From: Paragordius varius
Taxonomy: Eukaryota > Animalia > Nematomorpha
Assembly (NCBI GenBank): GCA_964247055.1
Contig: OZ176052.1
Coordinates: forward strand, 868,001 to 932,000
Reading direction: 5' to 3'
Length of the DNA: 64,000 bases
Made by a program: the position numbers and the translations under genes. This document shows, one piece after another, positions 55,254 through 64,000 of this stretch (position 1 is its first letter; each line of letters begins with the position of its first letter). Below the pieces are notes generated by a model. That model searched no databases. It was not told the origin of the DNA and saw only the letters and a program-made list of their open reading frames with translations.

Positions 55254-56390
55254 TAACACAATCAATTATATATTCCACAATTTTGATAAAATAAACTATT
55301 AGGGAAAAATTAAGATTTTGAGAGAGTATGGGTTTTTTTTAAAAAAAAATATTTGTCTTTTTATTTTTAGGTTTTGTCCGTAGTATAATTGCAAATTTTC
55401 ACTCTAATAAATGTTTTTTGTAAATTTCGATGGGTTTATTTGATATTTATCTACATCTAATTCTTCACATATATACCATTTGTTCAAATTCACCCTTGAA
55501 CAATTGAAATTCACCCTTAAACAATTTAAATTCACCCTTGACCAATTCAAATTCACCTTAAAAATAAATTATGTGTTTTCGGGCAGCTAATATAACTCAT
55601 CATTAATATGAAATAGATGTTTATAATATAGTTTATTATTTTTTCAGTATTATTTTAATTTAAAATTTTTTTTAAAAAAATATATTAAAATATTTATCTT
55701 ATAAAACATATATTTTATTTGAGGGTGAATTTGAATTGTTCAAGGGTGTATTTGAATTGTTCAAGGGTGAATTTGAATTGTTCAAGGGTGAAATTGAATT
55801 GTTTAAGGGTGAATTTGAATTGTTTAAGGGTGAATTTGAATTGTTCAAGGGTGTATATGAATTGTTCAAGGGTGAATTTGAATCGTATATGGTATATTCC
55901 CATATATTATTATTAACAATTTTCTTTTATAAAATTATAGGCTTTAGAGCAGGCCATTCGTTCAACCTTAGTTACCTTGATTGAAATAGCTAAAGAAACT
56001 AATATAAATACCAGCACACCACATGATAATACTTTCACTATAAATAATTTGCCTGACTTCAATAAAGCTTTATTAAGCAATACTCATCAATCTACAAATA
56101 ATAGCAACACGTCAGAAAATGATATTTTAAATAATGAATCACAAAATACGTTTCAAAAACTTTTACTTGAACGAACAAACAACACTTCTTTATTGAACCG
56201 TAGAACGGAGGATTTTAAAAGCAGCATTTCAGACCATAAAAATAAGATCAATACAAAAAATAAGCAAAACCTTGATAATGAAAGTGGGATGACAGATATG
56301 TATGATAGTATGAAATCATCAACCTCAACTATTGGAACCAATAATACAAATAATAACCTATATTCATCAACTTTATCCGAATTTTCTTAG
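45138..56390 (+). CDS. SNX6: Sorting nexin 5/6/32 family (PX-BAR), 12 exons, start codon on an upstream ATG|GT micro-exon (45110-45112 or 45070-45072)
   Basis: Exons 45138-45236 ([17 protein letters not shown]), 45265-45375 ([13 protein letters not shown]), 46205-46326 ([19 protein letters not shown]), 48778-48900, 49256-49351, 49954-50059, 51513-51588, 51891-52017, 53698-53793, 54330-54393, 54533-54618 (IKHAK), 55941-56390. Colinear with recalled human SNX6; all phases consistent. Confidence 0.95.
46420..46720. mobile_element. Rearranged copy of the 21-bp-array foldback MITE
   Basis: Two partial copies of the core joined through facing 21-bp arrays. Confidence 0.7.
47406..47671. mobile_element. 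266-bp pogo/Tc1-type MITE (CAGTAAAAATT family); relatives at ~12826-13330, ~21050-21295, ~55063-55405, ~63550
   Basis: TIRs cagtaaaaattaaaattatacggacaaaacgta / tacgttttgtccgtataatttcaatttttactg, with TA flanks. Confidence 0.85.
47868..48458. mobile_element. Foldback-like MITE with an expanded right arm (~14 x 21 bp)
   Basis: Tandem aagggtgaatttgaa(a/t)tgtt(c/t) units at ~48150-48445, then tgtaaatggt. Confidence 0.85.
50138..51320 (-). mobile_element. Decayed full-length mariner element in an SNX6 intron
   Basis: TIR-like ends caggttaagtcataagtctttactgg / atttatgaatacacaggg. Remnant [29 protein letters not shown] (HDNA and YSPDLAPSDY motifs). Confidence 0.85.
52070..53570. repeat. Tandem array of five MITE-core units (periods 242, 244, 281, 281 bp)
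   Basis: ttgctaaaatgaataaattatgtgttttcgggctaatataac recurs at 52131, 52373, 52617, 52898 and 53179. Confidence 0.9.
55473..55894. mobile_element. Foldback-like MITE with 21-bp arrays (complete)
   Basis: taccattt..(4 units) + core + (8 units)..tatggta. Confidence 0.85.
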
Positions 56391-57149
56391 ATATATATGT
56401 GGCTGCTAATTAGCCCAGACATATATTTAAGCATTTTTTAAAAAAATGTAAAAAATTTATAGATTAAAACATTTAAGGGTTAAATATAATACATTCCCAC
56501 ACGAAAAAGTAAACATATAGGATACAATATAACTAGTATTTTTGTTTTACAAAAATTGTAAGACCTTTGAATTTTCTTTGAAAAAAAAATACGCTTTAAA
56601 ATTTGCAATAATTGTGCTTTTTTGTCGTATCTACACCGGTTATTTAGTTTTATTAAATTTCACATTCATTTAAAAGATTTATGAAGTATATATGATTATT
56701 TTTTATTTTATGAGTTATAAATTAAGTGTTGAAAACATTTATCATATTTTACTTGAAAAATATCATTTTTTTCATCATAAATCCATGAAATTACATTATT
56801 TATTCATTTTGAAAAATGATTGATGATTTATTATAACAAATAATATAAATAAATTTAATATAATTTTTGTTTCAAACTGATAAACATACATATAATGACT
56901 CCTAATATGAGGGTTTGGGATCCTATTAGAAAAGACTTACAAAAGAGTTTTAATCTTAAAATCAAATCTTTTAGCATTTAGAGCCTTACGGTAAAAAAAT
57001 TACTTAAAATTTAGACCAGTATTTAATCCGGGTGCTTTTTTATGCCCCCCTGAATATATATTAAATTTTTTTATGGACTTATTTTAAACATAAATATCTG
57101 CTGCAAATATGTCAAACAGGTATGGAATTTTTATCAGTATTACAGTGTG

Positions 57150-57381
57150 CATTTACAGCCATGTATTTTTTATTTTATCAAAAATTTATTTTTTCCGTTA
57201 AATGGGTATAAATATTTGGTAAAGAATGGAAAAAACAAGAGCTCTATGGTAATTCTTATACTTTTTTAATGAATATGATAATGTTAATACCATAGAGCTC
57301 TTGTTTTTTCTATTCTTTACCAAAATATACCCATTTAACAAAAAAATTTTGATAAAATAAAGGATACATGACTGTAAATGG
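57150..57381. mobile_element. Near-perfect ~230-bp hairpin element
   Basis: catttacagccatgtat..aaaaaacaagagctctatggta [loop] taccatagagctcttgtttttt..atacatgactgtaaatgg. Confidence 0.8.
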
Positions 57382-57537
57382 TTGCTTATTTCACACTAAA
57401 TAAAGTAGGGCAATGCGCAACACAGGAGTGTATAGAAAAAAAGAAAAGAAATAATTGTTTATTCAGCATTTTGTTGTTTTTTTCCATACACTACTGTTGT
57501 GTTGCAAAGCTACTATAGTGTGAAATAAGCAACCATT
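57379..57537. mobile_element. ~160-bp hairpin element abutting the previous one
   Basis: atggttgcttatttcacacta.. / ..tagtgtgaaataagcaaccat. Confidence 0.75.
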
Positions 57538-58819
57538 AAATGTGTGCAAAAAAATTTTTTTTCATGGGATAGCTTATGACCAGCGTATTCATTTGCCGCA
57601 AAAATTTTTATTTGTTGACAACCTAGTTTTTTTTAAATATTGAGAGAAAATCGAAATTGGGCAAAAAGTGAAAATTAAGGATAATTCAAAAAATAATGAT
57701 AAAATTTGAGATTATGTATTATAATCATTTTAGGATATATTTTCAATATAAGCCTAAAATCATATAGTTAGGGTTTCTATAAAGTTTCAGTCAAAAGATG
57801 GCGTTTTTCTTTTAACAGACCTAAAAGATAAAACAAATTTAATAAAACTATATTAAAATAATTTTTTTTTATTATTTACTACTTAAACTCACTATTAAAA
57901 TCTTAACATTAATATTTTATTCAGTAAAAAATACTTATATATCATATAAAATCAAAAATATATTGTTTTTTATTTTTGCATTTATCTAATTTATGAAAGT
58001 ATAAAAAAATCGTTTTATTTTGGAAATTTACATGAGTGGGAATTAAGTATATTATTTATGCAAATTTCCAAAAGTAGTGGAATATCAACCAACAATCCTT
58101 ACAAATCCCTGTAAGAAGTCTGTTTTAAGACAATTAATCAGAAAAACTATAACTTTTTTCTAATTTTCCGGATTATACAATGCAGTTTTGTGGTATCGAA
58201 TGCAGATATTAGCACTCTTTTTGACCAATTCTTAACGTAATTTTCTATAAGTTCGGTTGAAACATATTTTAATATGGCTGATCGCGCTTTACATATGATT
58301 TTTTGATTTGGAGTAATTGTTGTTTTCTATAACCATCACGCCATCGAAATATCACTCTGAGGAAAATATAATTAGGCCTCTTGTCTAATTACTTATAATA
58401 TCTTACTTGTTTTAAAGGGAGTCTGCTTTTTTAAACATCTATATGGCATCTTGATTCACTTGAAACAATGTTTTTATATAAATTTAATTTTTGATAAATA
58501 GATTTACCTATGTTTAACAGTTATTGTCAGACTATTTGTTTTCCCATATGTACCTAACTTGCGATTTTTGATTTCGGCAAAATATAAAATAATATTATAT
58601 TAGTCATAGACTAAAGATGGACAATCTTCTGAAAATATTTATTAGGACCTTTTTTAGACTCATTGTAAAATTTTATATCTGGACAAATGAATATATCACC
58701 CGTCTTTAAATTATTTTATCAATATATCATTAAAAATTTTATAAAACACATTTATTAATAAAACTATATAATATAATGATATTATAACACATATAATTTA
58801 TGCTAGCCTATATAATATA

Positions 58820-59149
58820 TACCATTTACAGTTCAAATTCACCCTTAAACAATTCAAATTCACCCCTCGAACAATTCAAATTCGCCCTAAAAATAAATTA
58901 TGTGTTTTCGAATTAATATAACTCATTATTAATATAAAATATATCTTTATGGCATAATTAATTATTTTTTTCAGTAATATTTTAATTTAAAACAAAATTT
59001 TATTTTTTAAAAATACATTAAAATATATGTAATTTTTAATCTTAAAAACTATGTTATTTATTTGAGGGTGAATTTGAATTGTTCGAGAATTTGAATAGTT
59101 TAAGGGTGAATTTGAATTGTTTAAGGGTAAATTTGAACTGTAAATGGTA
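58820..59149. mobile_element. Foldback-like MITE with 21-bp arrays (complete)
   Basis: taccatttacagttcaaatt.. / ..aatttgaactgtaaatggta with the same core. Confidence 0.85.
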
Positions 59150-59282
59150 TATTAGGGAAAAAACAAGTGAAAATAGGAATGATAAAAGGCACGGCATATA
59201 AAGTTGCAATATTAGATTTAAAAAGAAATGATGATAGCATATTTGCAAAATTAAAAGAGATGATAAGGTTTGTGTGGGTGTG

Positions 59283-61780
59283 TTAAAAAGCACGATTAGG
59301 TCTTACCTTGACCAGGTACATTCTTTTGTCATTAAATGGACTTTGGTGGTGAACCTTGGGCAAATACATACGTTTACCTGGTAAAAGTTATATAAAACAT
59401 AAACAAAAACAATATAATAAATTTTTAAATCCAAATTTTTTTGTTTGTCTTAGGGCTTGGAATTCAGAAATTTTTTTAAAATAGCTCCGTTGGCCGCATT
59501 TATAATATATATGGGGGGCATTAATACCTATTTAATTAAATTTCAAATATAAGATTGTAAAATGCAAACAAGATATACCATTTTTTTGGTTTATTTGCCA
59601 ATAGACGAATTTTAAATAAAAATTCTTTCCTAAGGCTTCGAATCGGAAATTTTTTTGAAATAGCTCCGTGGGTCGCATTTATAATATATATGGATGGGGG
59701 GTATTAATAAATTTTTTATTGGATTTCAAATATAAGAATTGTAAAATGCAAACAAGATATACCATTTTTATAGTTTTTTGCCAATTATATAGACTTATTC
59801 AGGTATTTTTTTTTAAGAAATACTAATTTATTTAAGATTTTGTTAGCATATTTTTGCAAATTATAAATTTCCAAATTTTTCTTGGGCAGATAATGTTTCA
59901 AAGGGCCGCATATTAAATACCCCTGTACTAAAAGGTCGGGCACCTGCTTAAATTAAATAGGAACTAATAAAAGCTTTATTTCTTTTTCAAAGCCTGAAAT
60001 ACGTATAAAACGAGAAATGCCATTACAAAATTTAGTCCCGGTTTGAAACTGTTTTAAGATGAACATTCAATCAGATATAGATAAAATTTTTATTCGTATT
60101 CCATGAGTCTTTATTCAAAAGCACATGTTAGTTAAATTTAAAACTTTTTTAATAATCATTGAGTTTTTTAACCTTTATTTCTTTTCTATTGGTTTTTATT
60201 TCTTCGAATGCGAGACTGATTTAACAGGTGTTTTTAAGATTATAATCGAATGCATTATATAATTATTTACGGACCCACACTATATTCAACATATGATTGC
60301 CCCTTTTTCCCTTTTTTAGAGGTAAATATCTTGTGTAGTATAATTTCTGAAAGTTTAGATACTAGCCTACCCAGAGTTAACAAAGATGTTGGAAAAATTG
60401 CTTCGTATAATGATATATCAAATACTACGATTTAAACAATTTTAACCCCCAATAATTTTTATGTTTTCAAATATTGGCATAATATGTTAAATATTTTTAT
60501 CTCGCTATTAGATATTTTTCTGGTTGTGACCAGTTTGCGGCTTGAGGCAGCCTTTCTTGGTCATAATTAATCAATCAATGTTTACCACAATTATGAAATT
60601 AACCATTTGCCTTTGATAGTGTAATTAACATTTACACCTTAAATTCACCCTTTAACATTTCAAATTTAATCTTAAACATCTCGACTTTACCTTTGAACAT
60701 TTCAAATTCCATTTTAAACATTTCCAATTAACCCTAAAATTAAATTATGTGTTTGGAATTCAAAATACATATCTATATATTTTGGTTATTATATATGTAA
60801 CAACTTAATATTAATTCATGCAGAATAGTATGATAAATTATGCAAAGACATACTTCATACAAAGAGTTGAATTAGCCTACTTAATTTATTTTTAAAGTTA
60901 AAATGTTTAAGGGTAAATTTGAAATGTTCAAAATCAAATTTTAACTGTTTTGGGGTGAATTGAGTAAATAATATTAAAATTTAATTGAAAAAAAAATCAA
61001 TTAAAATTGTAAATAATACAATTTTTTTATGAAATGAAGTTTATATTATCATTATTTATTATTTTTTATCGCGTAGGAAGTTTTAAAATTTTGGTGGTTA
61101 TTTTTATAAGCGAAGATTAACTGAATGGATTCTTAACCCGTCCGACTTAACCCATAGCTATATTTTATAATACAATATCTTTTCTTATAATTGCAAGCCA
61201 TTTGTTAACTTACAGTTTAAGTCTAAATACCAGAATTTTTCCAAAATAAATTATATTATATTTTTTGGCGGGCAAGAGTATAGGTGGGAAAAAACGAATT
61301 AAATGGTTTTTCTAATTATTTGTATGATTTAGTTAATTAAAGTACATATATATATATATATATATATATAGTTAATTACTGGGTTCATTTCTGGCAATAT
61401 ATATGGCATCCTCATACTGCCCTAAAATGGAAAAAAATTATCAAAAAATTAAACAAATATAGTTAATATAAAATCATTTATCTTGAATTTTTATTGATAT
61501 AACTAATAATTAATAAAAAAACTACAGACCCCAAATATTTAGATTATAGGGTTTTTAACGTTAAATATGTTTAAAAACTCAAATATTCCAAAAACGTGTT
61601 TATTAACACAAAAAGATTTTTTAAGAAATTTTAGCAATTAACTAAATTTAAATAAAACTTTTAAAGAAGTTGATAGGAGAGTATAAATTAGAGTAAAAAA
61701 TTATTTTTACCTTGAATCACGATAACCAAAAAGCTAAGGGCCAAGAGCCCAAAACATACTAGAATATTCTTCATTCGCAT
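59283..61780 (-). CDS. Putative 54-aa secreted pro-peptide (neuropeptide-like precursor), 2 exons
   Basis: Exon 1 61780-61711 (MRMKNILVCFGLLALSFLVIVIQ+g, donor caag|gtaaaa). Exon 2 59377-59283 (acceptor ttttaccag|, phase 1 matches). Product: MRMKNILVCFGLLALSFLVIVIQG-KR-MYLPKVHHQSPFND-KR-MYLVKVRPNRAF*. A possible donor aag|gtaaga at 59307/59306 could lead to an unidentified third exon. Confidence 0.72.
59450..59925. repeat. ~185-bp tandem duplication, probably hAT-derived, in the pro-peptide intron
   Basis: ggctt(g/c)gaat(t/c)..aaatagctccgt..gccgcatttataatatatatgg..gcaaacaagatataccatttt occurs at ~59455 and ~59635. Confidence 0.65.
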
Positions 61781-63710
61781 GAACTAAACTTTACGCAGAA
61801 AATGTAAAAATTTGTTTTAAAGAAAAAAACTTTTTTTTCAAACGATAAAATCAAATGATCAACCAAAAAACAAGAATTTGTAAAAATTGGTTAGGATAGC
61901 TGGCTAATTTATTTTATAGAGAGGAGGAGGGAAGTAAGAAACTAATAAAATATGTTGTTTCGTTTGAACTGTAAAATGTTCCTTTATTTACTTTAATCAT
62001 TAATTAAATCATCTATTTATACAAAGTATATTATTAATAATAAATTAGATATATAATCAATACGAAAATAATATGCGCAAGACACGCGAAAAAAGATACT
62101 AACTAATTATTTATTTAAACAAACTAAGAAATAGGTTAATTTGAGTTTTAAGAAAAAGTTTTTTCCCAAAATGGTATTTGATATTTAAATTATATTTTCC
62201 TTTTGTAAATGTAAAAAATTTAGAAAACTAATGTCACGTCTTTAGAATTAAAGGAGTACTTAAGTTTTCACCGCGTTTCAAAGATAATTTTAAAATTAAT
62301 TAGGATTTTCAAGTCTAAAATGAAACTTTTCAAAACATTTGATGACTTTCAATAAATTTTTTTAAAGTTTTTGTTAATTTTATTGATAATTTATTTCTTA
62401 AATTAATTTTAACGATATCAGAGACCATAAAATTAGCACATAAATTAAATTACATTAGATTATTATATAATTTAATATTCAGTGTGAAGTTTTTTAGAGT
62501 TTACAACAACTCTTATAATTAACTATATATTATCAAATTGATTTAACATATTAATATGCTGAGAGTGTCTAATCAAATAAATAATTTAATTTAAATTCTT
62601 TTGAGGTCTTAAAAATTAACAATGAAAACTAAAAAACTAATCTGTATATATATTAATTTTAAATAAAATCTTAAAAAAAACCAATCAAGACTATTGGAAT
62701 TTCAAGTTAAAACGCTAATAAGTATAAAATTTCATTTTTTCAAAAAATTTATTTTTAAGGCTGTTACATTAAGATTTACAGTTATAACTGATGTAAAAAT
62801 GGAAATATTGCTAGAAATATTTTTGCATGTGCTTAGATCCATAAAATTTAATAAAAGATTAAAATAAAATTTAGATTAGGTGATTTTTAGTTTACGACGT
62901 ATATGCCTCCCACTTTATCCTTTATTCATGAATTTTAATATCAAAAATTTGAGGCCAAATTAATAAGTAGAATGATATAATAAATATTCTGATCTAATAA
63001 ATAATTTATATTATATATATATATATATATATAAAGATAAAATAATAAAAGTTTTTTACTTTTTATAATGCGTACTTCTTTTTAGATTTTTACGGATTCA
63101 ATCTTCTTGCCAGGATAAATAAAGTTTGGCTTAGCTTATAAATAATTTATAATATCAATAGTAAAATGTTTTTATCAATTCCAATTAAACTCTACATTTA
63201 TTAACCAAATTCAATATTTTTCAATTCAAGCTTAAAACTTATTTTAAATAACAAAAACTTATTTAAAAATATGTTTTAAGCATTTATGGTCAATATATAC
63301 ATTGGAGAATTTGATTTATTTACAATTAAAATATAATGACAAATATTTTATTCTAAAAGACAACCATACTTTTCAAATTTTGATTTTAAATATAACTCAT
63401 TGTTTTTCAATTGCAAAGTACATAATAGAGATGTATATTCGTAACACAATTAATTATGTATTTTACGATTGTAATCAAATGATATTCATAGGATAAATTA
63501 AGGTTTAAAAAAGTATAGTTGCCTTTTGAAAAAAAATATTTGTTTTTATTTACGTTTCGTCCGTATAAATTCAATCTCTTGGAGTAATTTTGAATTTTTA
63601 ATAAAAGTTTCAAAAAAAATAACGGATAAAAAATCAAATATTAGAGACTAAGGGATAACTATACATGTTTATTATAAATTAAAAGCAAAATTATTTTATA
63701 TTGCAATTAA

Positions 63711-64000
63711 CTTTTTGATTCAAACCCCCGACATTATTTAAGTTGATATTTTTAAAAAACTACTGAAAGAAACGGTCCTAATATAAATTTATGCTTCTGT
63801 CCTAATAAAGGCTAAATATCAAAATAAAATTTAGTGTTGGAAAAAAAGATATCAAACTAATTGGACGCCATTTTTATTTAGAACATTTTTGCAAAATATC
63901 ATGTTTATTTGATTTTAGCTTAAAATTAATTTACTTTTTTATAAAAACAATAAACAGAAGTGGTATATTTTGCATTATTTTTATATAAAAGCATCATCAT
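63711..64000 (+). mobile_element. Third, partial copy of the piggyBac-like MITE
   Basis: ttaa then similarity to 19151 onward (aaaaaactactga..aaacggtcc..aaatttatgcttct..gcaaaatatc). Confidence 0.65.

Noticed and set aside
60250-60435. ORF open on both strands, with a 24-nt GT-AG segment on the minus strand inside the pro-peptide intron
   Set aside because: GPTLYSTY resembles a LINE RT remnant, and the minus frame ends in a stop without a compatible exon structure.

Overview
Strongly AT-rich animal (metazoan) genomic DNA with spliceosomal introns; species not determinable from the sequence alone. Seven protein-coding genes can be reconstructed by hand. Minus strand: Taspase-1 (runs off the left edge), an intronless GT10 alpha-1,3-fucosyltransferase, PPM1G-type PP2C with a ~635-aa acidic insert, YY1/Pho with a ~490-aa Asn/Ser-rich tail, and a 54-aa secreted pro-peptide absent from the ORF track (signal peptide-KR-MYLPKV...-KR-MYLVKV...). 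Plus strand: a 782-aa single-pass LRR protein and SNX5/6 with a C-terminal extension. The most striking feature is a class of ultra-short GT-AG introns (22-28 nt, one of 35 nt) in three unrelated conserved genes, coexisting with 0.3-2.5 kb transposon-filled introns. The Taspase-1 orthologue has Gly instead of Asp before the catalytic Thr. Non-coding DNA is dense in decayed mariner, hAT, RTE/LINE and several MITE families. These include a foldback-like MITE with variable 21-bp arrays that also forms a tandem array. All exon boundaries and family assignments come from manual reading and recalled family motifs; no database search or RNA data were available.
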